A DNA stretch of 64,000 nucleotides from Candidatus Bathyarchaeota archaeon. Lineage in GTDB: Archaea; Thermoproteota; Bathyarchaeia; Bathyarchaeales; Bathycorpusculaceae. The translations under genes were made by a program, and so were the position numbers. The DNA is taken from NCBI GenBank assembly GCA_963775685.1, contig CAVZJV010000014.1, positions 2,304,001-2,368,000 of the forward strand. Direction: 5' to 3'. Positions 21,054-31,087 of the stretch are shown piece by piece. The notes under the pieces were generated by a model that saw only the letters and a program-made list of their open reading frames with translations, did no database searches and had not been told where the DNA came from. Within the stretch, counting starts at the first letter, position 1; each line of letters starts with the position of its first letter.

Positions 21054-21680
21054 TTAGTTGCCTATGGGCTTTTCTAAAACGGTAATGTTTCCGTTCTTTC
21101 CTAGTCGCAACTGCTTTTCACCCTTAAACATCGCCACATGGGCATTCTTAACTTCTATAAAGTCACCAGTATGGACGCTATTTATCTGCTGATCCCAGAG
21201 GCAAAGTAGAATTTTTCCTGTTTCATCCCCAATTGACGCGTTAGAAACAACCGCGTTGTCCCGGAACTGGGTGTGAACTTTGGCTGGCTCAGCGGTCTGC
21301 AAAACTTCTGCAGTGACGTTGATTTTTTTCATCCCAACACGCAAGTTCTCAATTTTTAAGTGTGAAGGCGCAGGGTTCTGTCGGGCAATTTCTTTACGGA
21401 TTTTGTTGCTGTCCATTGAGCTGTCAAAGGAAACATCCGTTCTTGCCAAAGTCTCATCAGGTACTCGAAACTGAGCAATTACTTTACCATCTTTTGTAAT
21501 CAAAAAGATCGATTGGGTACTTACGTTTCCACGGTACTCCACATTCAAATCCGTAACTGTAATTGGCTTGCTCTGTTCCTTTGCGTCTATTAAGGCTTGA
21601 AAAAGCTCTGTTGGATAAACCTCATGCTGCGTAGCGATGAATGCAAGCTGATCTTCTAGGGTAGGCTTTTTTGGTTTCAT
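21054..21680 (-). CDS. OB-fold single-stranded DNA-binding protein (SSB/RPA-like) with N-terminal extension
   Basis: KIENLRVGMKKINVTAEV...IGDETGKILLCLWD...NAHVAMFKGEKQLRLGKNG. Confidence 0.85.
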   Translation of the reverse strand: MKPKKPTLEDQLAFIATQHEVYPTELFQALIDAKEQSKPITVTDLNVEYRGNVSTQSIFLITKDGKVIAQFRVPDETLARTDVSFDSSMDSNKIRKEIARQNPAPSHLKIENLRVGMKKINVTAEVLQTAEPAKVHTQFRDNAVVSNASIGDETGKILLCLWDQQINSVHTGDFIEVKNAHVAMFKGEKQLRLGKNGNITVLEKPIGN

Positions 21681-21940
21681 GCTCTATTCTATTCTCCTTT
21701 TAATTTAGCGAATAACCTCGAAATAGCAAACTATTTAACCCTAAAATTTACTTTTTCTAGATTAAATTCCGCAATTTAGTAATATGCCTCGCTCAGTATA
21801 TAGGTGTAACTATAAAAAAATGCGTTTTCCATGGAATAATTGAACATTTGTGTAGGTTTCAAATTAAGGTCTGGTTTTCCAAAAAGGAAAAAGCCCAGCT
21901 TTACAATACATATATAGAGAGATTATTTTGGAGCAAAAAC

Positions 21941-22816
21941 ATGACCGAAAACCTCAAAGACCTGACCAAAGTTGACTTGAAAAACCTCGATAAAATCTTC
22001 TACCCCAAAAACAAAGTAACCAAAGAACAAGTCGTCGAATACTACATCAGAATGGCGCCCAAAATCCTTCCCGTCATAGCGGACCGCCCCTTAGTTTTAA
22101 CAAGATATCCTGATGGCATTGAAGGTGAAACGACGAGTTTTTTCGAAAAAAACGCTCCTGAAGGCACACCTAATTGGGTTAAAATAAAAACAATCTACTC
22201 TTCAACTTCAAAACGAGATGTCAACTACATAGTTTGTAACGACTTGGATACCCTTATTTGGCTTGCAAACTTGGCAGCCCTGGAAATTCACATGCCCTTC
22301 TCTAAAATAGATGCTCTAGACAAGCCTGATTTCCTTTTCTTCGATGTTGACCCTGAACCTCCTGCAACTTTGAGCGACGCCGCCGAAGTTTCACAGCTGC
22401 TAAAAGAGAAGCTCCTCGATTTAGGGCTTACTCCTTACGTTAAAACATCGGGCAAAAAAGGCTTACATGTCATAATTCCCATTGAACCCCAACATACTTT
22501 TGAAAAGACAAGGGCTTTTGTGCATTATATAGGAATCGAACTTGCAAAAAGAAGCAACCTTGTTGTTTCTGAATTTAAAGACACAAAAAAACCGGGCAAG
22601 GTTTTTGCCGATTATTTGCAGAATTCTTCTCTACGAACAATGGTTATTCCCTACAGTTTGCGCCCAACGCCTGACGCCACCGTTTCAACGCCTCTTGAAT
22701 GGAGTGAAGTAAAGAGAGGCATGAATCCTTCTGATTACACAATTTCAAGTGTAGCTAAACGGACCAATAGTCCATGGAAAGACATTTTTGAGAAAAGAGC
22801 CATCTTGAAGATATAG
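21941..22816 (+). CDS. ligD: LigD primase-polymerase domain (NHEJ polymerase)
   Basis: NLDKIFYP, LTRYPDG, FFEKN, LANLAALEIH, FFDVDP (DxD), KTSGKKGLHV, VFADYLQN, VSTPLEW. Confidence 0.95.
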   Translation: MTENLKDLTKVDLKNLDKIFYPKNKVTKEQVVEYYIRMAPKILPVIADRPLVLTRYPDGIEGETTSFFEKNAPEGTPNWVKIKTIYSSTSKRDVNYIVCNDLDTLIWLANLAALEIHMPFSKIDALDKPDFLFFDVDPEPPATLSDAAEVSQLLKEKLLDLGLTPYVKTSGKKGLHVIIPIEPQHTFEKTRAFVHYIGIELAKRSNLVVSEFKDTKKPGKVFADYLQNSSLRTMVIPYSLRPTPDATVSTPLEWSEVKRGMNPSDYTISSVAKRTNSPWKDIFEKRAILKI

Positions 22817-22895
22817 TTTTTCAGAGTTGGCTAATCTTTAAAAGTCATACCTTATTTTTTGCTATTTAGACCATATATTCTTTGGGTGTGTAGTT

Positions 22896-24104
22896 ATGCA
22901 GTACCGGATTGTACCAAAAAACAACGACAAACTCTCCGCTCTCGGTTTCGGATGCATGCGTCTGCCTATGAAAGGGCAAGTCGTCGATGAAGAACGTGCC
23001 ATCAAACAAATCCGTCTCGCAATAGACAACGGCGTAAACTATGTTGACTCCGCTCCACCCTATCATATGGGAGAAAGCGAAAAAATCCTCGGTAAAGCTT
23101 TGCTTGATGGCTACCGAAACAAAGTAAAAGTCGCAACAAAACTCACTCCCTTCATGCTTAGACGTGCCGAAGACATGGAGAAAATGCTCAACCTGCAACT
23201 GCAGAAACTTCAAACTGACCACATAGACTACTACCTTTTACATGGGTTAGAGGCAGAGTTTTGGAAGAAAATGCGGGGATTTGGAGTTCTAAAATTTTTA
23301 GAGAAAGCAAACGATGAAGGAAAAATCGTTAACATGGGCTTTTCCTTTCATGGTTCACTTTCAACTTTTAAAGAAATCATCGGAGCCAACGATTGGACCA
23401 TGTGCCAAATCCAATACAATTTCCTTGACGAAAAACTGCAGGCAGGTACTGAAGGTCTCAAGTATGCTACTTCCCAAAAGCTTGCGGTTATGGTCATGGA
23501 GCCCCTACGTGGCGGCTGCTTAGCTAATAAACTGCCCAACGAAGCCAAAAAATTCTATGATAATGCAGCAATTAAGCGAAGTCCAGCTGAGTGGGGGCTA
23601 CGGTGGGTTTGGAATCATCCCGAAGTAACCCTTGTGCTTTCAGGTATGAACGAGGAAAGCCAAGTGATAGAAAACATTAGAACTGCTAAAACAGCCCTTC
23701 CAAACTCCATGAAACCAGACGAACTCGAAGTGATAAAACGGGTTGATGACGCCTACCGAAAACTTCTCAAGGCCCCTTGCACAGGGTGCCAGTACTGCAT
23801 GCCTTGCATAAATGGCGTAAACATCCCCCGCAATTTCCAAGCCTACAACGAATTGTATCTGTCAGGCGACGAGCAACAAACCCGCAGCATGTACGCCATG
23901 TTTCTGATGGGTGGTTTGACGGGTACACGGGCGGATGCAGCGTTGTGCAAGGGCTGTGAAAAATGTTTAGAACGTTGTCCACAACACATAAACATCCCTG
24001 AGAAACTAAAGGAAGTTGCCAAAGACTTGGGCGGTCCCAAAGCGGAAGAGGCTATTGCCGCTTTGAAAAACAACATAGCGCAGTTCCCAAATAGAAAACC
24101 ATAA
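22896..24104 (+). CDS. aldo/keto reductase with C-terminal 4Fe-4S dicluster
   Basis: SALGFGCMRLP, DYYLLH, GFSFH, QIQYN, MEPLRGG; CTGCQYCMPC and CKGCEKCLERCP. Confidence 0.93.
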   Translation: MQYRIVPKNNDKLSALGFGCMRLPMKGQVVDEERAIKQIRLAIDNGVNYVDSAPPYHMGESEKILGKALLDGYRNKVKVATKLTPFMLRRAEDMEKMLNLQLQKLQTDHIDYYLLHGLEAEFWKKMRGFGVLKFLEKANDEGKIVNMGFSFHGSLSTFKEIIGANDWTMCQIQYNFLDEKLQAGTEGLKYATSQKLAVMVMEPLRGGCLANKLPNEAKKFYDNAAIKRSPAEWGLRWVWNHPEVTLVLSGMNEESQVIENIRTAKTALPNSMKPDELEVIKRVDDAYRKLLKAPCTGCQYCMPCINGVNIPRNFQAYNELYLSGDEQQTRSMYAMFLMGGLTGTRADAALCKGCEKCLERCPQHINIPEKLKEVAKDLGGPKAEEAIAALKNNIAQFPNRKP

Positions 24105-24242
24105 AATGAATCGGTTGGAACATGCCTTTAGTTAAGAGCGCCTCTTCTGCTTCATGATGTCGGGGATTCAGAAAAAGGTTAAACCCTTGAAGACGTATAG
24201 TTTATTTTAAGCAGATTTTGACGGTTTTGGAGAGTTAAAATT

Positions 24243-25079
24243 TTGAGCTCAGAGCAAGAAGAACAAGAAAATATTAATCAGCCTGAAGAGAAAACCAGTG
24301 CTGCTGCCCCCAGCAGGTCCATTTGGTCAGGAAACATCACCATTGGCTTGGTGAATGTTCCTGTAAAGTTATTCTCTATGATCTACGATAAGGGCATAAC
24401 TTTTCATTTTTTGCATAAAGTAGACGGTCAACCCCTAAAATACGTAAAAATGTGCACCAAAGACGACAAAATAGTACCCTGGAACGAGGTTGTCCGCGGC
24501 TACGAGGTCGCCAAAAACGAATATATAACCTTTGACCAAAAAGAACTCAACAGTGCCAAACCCGAATCTGACAGGCGCATCCGCATAAGCAAATTTGTCG
24601 ACTACTTCTCTGTGGACCCCGTTTACTTTGACCGAACATATGCTTTGCTTCCTGACAAAAGCAAAGATGCCTACAGTCTACTTTATAAGGCATTGGAAAA
24701 AACTAACAAAGCTGGTGCTGCACGGATAACCTTGCGAACCAAAGAATACCCCGCGCTTCTCCATACATACAAAGGTGCATTGGTCCTAACTACTCTTCGT
24801 TACGCTTACGATGTCGTTGACCCGGCCGATTTTGAGCCCCTGCATAAACTTGAGACGCCGCAGAAAACCGAATTAGACCTTGCCATTAAAATCGTCACAG
24901 ACCTCTCAGGTGAATTTGACATAACAGAATTCGAAGACACCTACCTTAAACGCGTCCAAGAACTGGTCAAGCAGAAGGTAAAAGGAGAAAAAATCCACAT
25001 AGAGAAACCTCCAGAAATTGAAGCTAAAAGTCTCATGGTTGCTCTTCGAGAAACCCTCAAACAGTTGGAGCAAAAATGA
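24243..25079 (+). CDS. ku: Ku protein (prokaryotic NHEJ)
   Basis: RSIWSGNITIGLVNVPVKLFS, FHFLHKVDG, VRGYEV, VDPVYFDRTY, FEDTY, LMVALRETL. Confidence 0.96.
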   Translation: MSSEQEEQENINQPEEKTSAAAPSRSIWSGNITIGLVNVPVKLFSMIYDKGITFHFLHKVDGQPLKYVKMCTKDDKIVPWNEVVRGYEVAKNEYITFDQKELNSAKPESDRRIRISKFVDYFSVDPVYFDRTYALLPDKSKDAYSLLYKALEKTNKAGAARITLRTKEYPALLHTYKGALVLTTLRYAYDVVDPADFEPLHKLETPQKTELDLAIKIVTDLSGEFDITEFEDTYLKRVQELVKQKVKGEKIHIEKPPEIEAKSLMVALRETLKQLEQK

Positions 25080-26509
25080 GTCGACACATCTATCGCCCTA
25101 TGCTTGCAAAGGTCGCCGAGGAACCTTTTTCCGATAAAGACTGGATTTTTGAAGTAAAATGGGATGGATTTCGGGCAATAGCCTACGTTGAGGAAGCCTA
25201 TAGCCTAAAGAGCCGAAACGAGAAAGAGCTAAAACAAAACTTTCCAGAACTATACGAACTAAACAAACTAGCCAGCAACATCGTGGTTGACGGCGAAATC
25301 GTCGTTATGCGAGAAGGCAAACCAGACTTCCAATCCCTTCTCGAACGCGGTCAAGCAGTTTCGTCGGGTGAAATTCAAAGGCAAGCAAGTAGGGCACAAG
25401 TCGTTTACATAGTCTTTGACATACTGGAAAAAGATGGAAACCCACTCACCACGTTGCCTTTGATGGAACGCAAAGCGATCCTTAAGGATTCGCTTAGGGA
25501 GGGTTCGAATGTGCTTTTGTGTGATTTTATCGAGGAGAAAGGTGAAGCCTATTTTCAGTCGGCTTTGGAGAAGGGTTTGGAGGGGATTGTGGCTAAGAGG
25601 AAGAATGGTGAGTATGAAGAAGGTTTGCGGACGGGGAGTTGGTTGAAAATAAAGAAACTCAAAACATGTGACTGCGTAATCTTCGGTTACACTCGGGGGA
25701 CAGCGATTAGGGCGCAAACTTTTGGTGCCCTGCTTCTTGGCCTCTACGATAAAGAGGGCAAACCAGTTTACGTAGGTAAAGTTGGTACGGGCTTTACGCA
25801 GAAGACGATAGGCGTTTTAGCTGATAAATTTGAAAAAATAAAAATCGATGCCGCGCCATTCAAGCCCGAAGCTGGCGACGTAGTGACTTGGCTTGACCCC
25901 AAACTGGTCTGTGAAGTGGCTTATCAAGTGTTAACAAGGGACATGAGGTTGCGTATGGCGCGGTTTAAGCGTTTAAGGGATGACAAGCAGCCCTCAGAAT
26001 GCACAATCGACCAGATTGTTGAAGCCAAAAAAACCGAAACATCTGCCCCCATCGACGACGACAAGCTTTTCGATTATGCAGGGAAAAGACATTTTGAGGA
26101 AACACCAGAACCAAGAGCTACTGTTGAAAAAAAGGAAGACAAACTAATCTTCGTAATCCAAGAGCACCACGCACGAAGGCTCCACTACGACCTAAGATTG
26201 GAAAAGGATGGGGTTTTGAAGAGTTGGGCGGTTCCCAAAGGCATACCTGAGGCTGGGAAAAAGGTTTTGGCTGTGGAGGTCGAGGACCATCCTTACGAAT
26301 ATGCCAGTTTTGCGGGTGAAATCCCAAAGGGGCAGTATGGGGCTGGAACGGTGAAAATCTGGGATAAGGGGCACTATGAAGCCAAACTGTGGGAGGGCGA
26401 CAAAATTGAGTTTACCTTAGATGGTGACCGCCTCAAGGGACGCTACATTCTGGTGCGGCTAAAGCGGGCGAACGACAAAGATTGGCTCCTTTTAAAGGGA
26501 AAAGAATAA
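25076..26509 (+). CDS. ligD: LigD ATP-dependent ligase fused to a C-terminal 3'-phosphoesterase domain
   Basis: Ligase motifs EVKWDGFR, VDGEIV, VFDIL, EGIVAK, WLKIK, RLRDDK, then PE motifs FVIQEHHARRLHYDLRLE, SWAVPKG, VEDHPYEY, YGAGTVKIWDKG. Confidence 0.95.
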   Translation: MSRHIYRPMLAKVAEEPFSDKDWIFEVKWDGFRAIAYVEEAYSLKSRNEKELKQNFPELYELNKLASNIVVDGEIVVMREGKPDFQSLLERGQAVSSGEIQRQASRAQVVYIVFDILEKDGNPLTTLPLMERKAILKDSLREGSNVLLCDFIEEKGEAYFQSALEKGLEGIVAKRKNGEYEEGLRTGSWLKIKKLKTCDCVIFGYTRGTAIRAQTFGALLLGLYDKEGKPVYVGKVGTGFTQKTIGVLADKFEKIKIDAAPFKPEAGDVVTWLDPKLVCEVAYQVLTRDMRLRMARFKRLRDDKQPSECTIDQIVEAKKTETSAPIDDDKLFDYAGKRHFEETPEPRATVEKKEDKLIFVIQEHHARRLHYDLRLEKDGVLKSWAVPKGIPEAGKKVLAVEVEDHPYEYASFAGEIPKGQYGAGTVKIWDKGHYEAKLWEGDKIEFTLDGDRLKGRYILVRLKRANDKDWLLLKGKE

Positions 26510-26510
26510 T

Positions 26511-27251
26511 ATGGCAAATCTTCATTTGGGCACGATTGGCTGGAGCTACAATTTCTGGAAGGGCAAACTCTACCCCGACAAAACTAACCCAAAAGATTAC
26601 TTAGCCTACTACGCCTCGCAGTTCAATACTGTTGAAGTTGACAGCACGTTCTACCGAATCCCAACCCAACTGACTGTAACTAACTGGAAACAGCGAACCC
26701 CCGATGGCTTCAATTTTTCGCTCAAGTTTCCCCAAATGATAACGCACATTAAGATGCTCAAGGACTGCAAGTATGAAACAGGCATTTTTCTTGACACGGT
26801 AAGCTTGCTTGAAGAAAAGCTGGGTGTTTTGCTTTTGCAATTTCCGCCAAACTTTGGCGTTAATCACTTTCCTGATTTGATGGATTATTTAGATAAGCTG
26901 CCAAAAACGCATCGTTATGTGGTTGAGGTCAGAAACAAAGGGTGGCTAAACAATGAATTCTATTCCCTTTTAAGAAGCAGCAAGGTTGCTTTGGCATGGA
27001 CTGACAGCCCCATTATGACCCCAATAAACGAAGTCACCTCGGATTTCCTATATGTTAGATGGGAGGGCGACCGAAAAAAAGTCAATGGCCTTTTGGGCAA
27101 AATAGAAGCCGACAGGGAAGAAGATCTGAAGTTGGAGGCAGAAAAAATCAAGCCATTCCTAAGCAAAAAGGAAGTTTTCGGCTACTTCGGCAAATACTAC
27201 TCAGGATACCCGCCTTCTGATGTAAGTTTCCTTAATAGTCTGTTGGTGTAG
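26511..27251 (+). CDS. DUF72 family protein
   Basis: GTIGWSY..WKGKLYP, YASQFNTVEVDSTFYRIP, FSLKFPQMITH, LLQFPP, VEVRNKGW. Confidence 0.93.
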   Translation: MANLHLGTIGWSYNFWKGKLYPDKTNPKDYLAYYASQFNTVEVDSTFYRIPTQLTVTNWKQRTPDGFNFSLKFPQMITHIKMLKDCKYETGIFLDTVSLLEEKLGVLLLQFPPNFGVNHFPDLMDYLDKLPKTHRYVVEVRNKGWLNNEFYSLLRSSKVALAWTDSPIMTPINEVTSDFLYVRWEGDRKKVNGLLGKIEADREEDLKLEAEKIKPFLSKKEVFGYFGKYYSGYPPSDVSFLNSLLV

Positions 27252-27383
27252 CTTTTTTTATCTTTTTCTAGTGGTGCGCCAATTTGTTTTTCGGAAGCAA
27301 CCAAGATATTTTCAAGGTGAATAGGAAACAAACAGCTAAATAACAAGCAAAAATGAAGTATAATCAGAATAGGCGACGCAAGA

Positions 27384-27890
27384 ATGGACACCGATAAACT
27401 TTTTGAATTAGCTAAACCCTATCTTGAAAAAAACGAATTCGGATTATCTCATACTCAAAGAGTCTTTAACATTGCCAAACAGAATTTTACGGTTAAACCC
27501 CAATTGGAAGAGCTAACTCTTACAGCAATTATTTTTCATGACATCGGCGGCTGCACCATTAAGGATCAATACGAGAAGGGTCCCCAAATAACAAAATGTA
27601 TACTTGAGAAGTTAAATTACCCGGAACAATTCATCCGGCAGGTTTGCGAGATAATTAGTGCTCACCATGAACACCCTGAAAACCCATCTGAACCTTTTAA
27701 GGCACTCTACGACTCGGATAAGATAGTTATGTTTTCCCCAGAAGAATACTCGTGCCACAATGCACGAGAAGGCTTTGACTGGGACAAAATCGTTTCGCAG
27801 ATCTACACTACGAAGGGGCAAGATTTAGCCAAAAAAGCTTTGACGCAGAGAAAAAAGGAAAATGGCGAGCGTGAAACCCATGTTTTTTGA
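27384..27890 (+). CDS. HD-domain phosphohydrolase
   Basis: SHTQRV, IFHDIG, AHHEH, YDSDK. Confidence 0.85.
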   Translation: MDTDKLFELAKPYLEKNEFGLSHTQRVFNIAKQNFTVKPQLEELTLTAIIFHDIGGCTIKDQYEKGPQITKCILEKLNYPEQFIRQVCEIISAHHEHPENPSEPFKALYDSDKIVMFSPEEYSCHNAREGFDWDKIVSQIYTTKGQDLAKKALTQRKKENGERETHVF

Positions 27891-28494
27891 GCAAATTCAG
27901 CGGCACAGCGACAACTTCTCGTACATTATAGCAGATGAAAACACCAAGGAAGCAGCGGTTGTTGACTCAAGCTACAACGCTGACGCACTGGCCAAAATCA
28001 TAAAAAACCAAACATTCCAATTAAAATACGTCATAAGTACCCATGGGCACTCGGACCACACTGCTGGTAACACAGAATTAGTCTCTATGTTTGGAGCAAA
28101 ACAAGTTTCCCACAAGCTATCCACGGTACTTCATGACATTTCAGTCGAAGAAGGTGATGTTTTAAATGTTGGCAAGGTCTCCTTGAAAATTATTTACACA
28201 CCGGGGCACACTACTGACAGCATCTGCCTTCTTGTAGACAACCAAAAACTGCTAACGGGCGATACGTTATTTGTGGGCGAATGCGGAAGTACAGATTTTC
28301 CGGGCGGCAACTCAAAAAGCATGTATGAGAGCCTTTTTGGTAAGCTTACAAAACTTGACGATGATGTGGAAATCTATCCGGGACACGACTATGGAAGTAA
28401 ACCGTCATCAACTATTGGCGAAGAAAAAAAGGCAAACTACACTCTACAACCCAGAAGCCTCAAAGATTTCCTTGAATTCATGAGTCAACCCTAA
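27862..28494 (+). CDS. metallo-beta-lactamase fold hydrolase (glyoxalase II-like)
   Basis: THGHSDHTAG, TPGHT, TGDTLF, YPGHDY. Confidence 0.93.
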   Translation: MASVKPMFFEQIQRHSDNFSYIIADENTKEAAVVDSSYNADALAKIIKNQTFQLKYVISTHGHSDHTAGNTELVSMFGAKQVSHKLSTVLHDISVEEGDVLNVGKVSLKIIYTPGHTTDSICLLVDNQKLLTGDTLFVGECGSTDFPGGNSKSMYESLFGKLTKLDDDVEIYPGHDYGSKPSSTIGEEKKANYTLQPRSLKDFLEFMSQP

Positions 28495-28497
28495 CAG

Positions 28498-29400
28498 TTA
28501 ATCACGCTTTCTTCTTCTAGCAATCAAAGCCACTGTAACTAACACAGCAATAAAAAATATGGCAATTGCCAAGATTTCCGGATGAATCAGAATCTCAAAC
28601 ATCAAAATAAGGGTTTGACCAATAGAGCTGTTGGCGAATGTTTGGGGGACCGTGTTTTCCACTGACACAGGCAACCCCCTATAGTCTATTTCTGAAGGCA
28701 AAATTACTGAATTCTCTTTTAACCATCCACTAAGCGGGTAAAAGCCCACGTTACTTATTTCCCAAGCGAATAGCGTGGCAACTCCATAAACATCCAATGT
28801 AGAAACTTTTTCAGGCGAACTCCCACGGGTGTAGTATGCGTTCATTAAATCCCCCGTATAGTTGCTGTGTCCCAACCCTAAACTGTGCCCCAACTCGTGA
28901 AGGGCAACATTTTGCAAGTCTCCTTCATTTAACGAGTCTCCATGGTGGGTGTGGGCTGCAAGCATAACCGTGCAATTATTGATAGTGTTTCGGTAGTTTG
29001 CTGAGATCTGTGATAAGCCTATTTCATCAGTTGTATTGCTAAATGGCGTGGTAGTCCATTCAACATAGATGTCAAATCCAGATCGTGAAGTGTTTGAAAC
29101 CGTCGGCAGAATCGTAAGACTAGATAAATATGAAAAGTCGGAGTTGTTTGATGCAAAAGCAGCGATGGCTTCATTCCATTGGTCGATTGCTCGTAGGGCG
29201 ACGTTAAGGTACAAATTACTCCACCAAGACTCATTATTGGACGTAACTATAAGCGCGTTTAATGCTGTATGATTCCAAACAAACCCTTGAAGCTGCAGGG
29301 AATACTCATCCTTGACTTGCGCCAGAGCTCCGCTACAACTATTAAAACAAGCTACAAAAATTAAGCTTGAAATCCATAAAAAGAACAAAAATCTGCGCAT
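28498..29400 (-). CDS. matrixin-family (metzincin) zinc metalloprotease, membrane anchored
   Basis: Signal peptide, HELGHSLGLGH zinc motif, Met-turn DLM, C-terminal TM plus RRRKR. Confidence 0.9.
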   Translation of the reverse strand: MRRFLFFLWISSLIFVACFNSCSGALAQVKDEYSLQLQGFVWNHTALNALIVTSNNESWWSNLYLNVALRAIDQWNEAIAAFASNNSDFSYLSSLTILPTVSNTSRSGFDIYVEWTTTPFSNTTDEIGLSQISANYRNTINNCTVMLAAHTHHGDSLNEGDLQNVALHELGHSLGLGHSNYTGDLMNAYYTRGSSPEKVSTLDVYGVATLFAWEISNVGFYPLSGWLKENSVILPSEIDYRGLPVSVENTVPQTFANSSIGQTLILMFEILIHPEILAIAIFFIAVLVTVALIARRRKRD

Positions 29401-29867
29401 TCTGCTCCTAGCACTAAAAAGGGATTGCCACCTTTAAGTTTTCTTGAAGATGCAATCTTATGATATGAAGCAAAAAGCTGAGATATCGAGCAAAATTAAC
29501 TGCTAACCTCCAGAACAGAAGAGTCTGTTTAACTTTCATTTCAGAATAAATACGCCGCGTTTATTCAGATACTTTTTTATTGCTGCTGTTCTAAACAATG
29601 GGTTTAAAAGTTAACGCTTAATACCCTTAAAGAATACAAAACTTAAAAAGTTAAAGAAAACATATGAGAGAACGTAATGGAAAATAGATTTGTGATCTCT
29701 TGCGTAAACCAAAAGGAGCGCTTTGAAGCTGTTAATTGCGGCGTAATCATCAAAATCAAATCGGAGATTATTTCTGCTATTCCTCAGTTCGGATTCGTGT
29801 TAACCATTAGAAACTTGAATCAGGCTGGTGGATATACATAATAATTTTCGACTTAATATCCATAACC

Positions 29868-31082
29868 TTGCTTGCGGCACTTCTTTTTTGGACAATCTAC
29901 AACGGTTCAATAATATATGTGGGAATAAGAAGTAACCGCAAGCAGCAGTTAACCCCCAAAAAAAATGCGATTGGTGACTTGCCTAAGTTTTCAATTATTG
30001 TTCCAACAAAAAATGAGGAAACTGTTATCCGTCGTTGCCTAGACGGCATATTTAATCTAGATTACCCTAAAAATAAAATGCAAGTAATCGTGGTTGACGG
30101 AAAATCAAACGATAATACTGGCAAAATATGCTCAGAGTTTTCCCAGAAATACCCTGAAAACATCCAATTCATCTGTGAGAAAACTGTAAAAGGCAAGCCA
30201 GCTGCCCTCAACCTTGCCCTTTCACACGTTAACGGCGATATCGTGGGAGTTTTTGACGCCGATAGTCTTCCTGAAAGAGATGTCTTATCGAAAGTCGCAT
30301 TTTACTTTAACGATAATAAAATTATGGCAATTCAAGGCAGAACAACATCAATTAACGAAAGAACAAATGCCCTCACAAGAGTTATTGCCTCAGAAGAGAG
30401 AGCCTGGTTCCAAATGCTGCTTAGTGGAAGAGAAAAACTGCAGCTATTCGTTCCACTAACTGGAAGCTGCCAATTCGTTAGGCGCACCGTTGTCGAAGAA
30501 CTCCACGGGTGGGATGAAAATTCATTGACTGAAGACGTGGAATTTGCATTAAGGATGGTTGAAAAGAACCATCACATCAAATATGCACCCGATATTTGCT
30601 CAGGACAAGAAACACCCAACGCCATAGGTACTCTCTTTAAGCAAAGAGTTCGTTGGTATAGAGGCTACATGGAAACAGCCATTAAATATGGACGCCTCCT
30701 CGACAAACTTAACAAAAGAACCATCGACGCAGAAATCTCGATGGCGGGACCATTCATGATGGTTGTTTCCCTTCTAAGCTACATTAACTGGTTCTTTGTC
30801 GCACTGTTCCTCTCACAAAGCAATCCCGTTATAAACTTCACCGGTTTAGTAATAGCTCTAACAGCAGTTTCACTTGTATCGATAGGCTTAGGATTGATGG
30901 CATCTGAAAAACCCATCAAAACTCGCAATGCCCTCTGGATCCCCTTCATTTACGTTTACTGGCTTTCCCAGATGTTCATTGCAGGTTGGGCATTCTTAAA
31001 GCTAATTTTTAGAAGAAAAAGAGTTTGGACAAAAACAGCTAAACAGGGACTCAACATTTCAGATTCCATGTTGAGTGAATAA
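29868..31082 (+). CDS. processive (cellulose-synthase-like) GT2 glycosyltransferase; start uncertain
   Basis: GKPAALN, FDADS, LTED and QRVRW motifs with C-terminal TMs. Confidence 0.9.
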   Translation: MLAALLFWTIYNGSIIYVGIRSNRKQQLTPKKNAIGDLPKFSIIVPTKNEETVIRRCLDGIFNLDYPKNKMQVIVVDGKSNDNTGKICSEFSQKYPENIQFICEKTVKGKPAALNLALSHVNGDIVGVFDADSLPERDVLSKVAFYFNDNKIMAIQGRTTSINERTNALTRVIASEERAWFQMLLSGREKLQLFVPLTGSCQFVRRTVVEELHGWDENSLTEDVEFALRMVEKNHHIKYAPDICSGQETPNAIGTLFKQRVRWYRGYMETAIKYGRLLDKLNKRTIDAEISMAGPFMMVVSLLSYINWFFVALFLSQSNPVINFTGLVIALTAVSLVSIGLGLMASEKPIKTRNALWIPFIYVYWLSQMFIAGWAFLKLIFRRKRVWTKTAKQGLNISDSMLSE

Positions 31083-31087
31083 TTAGT

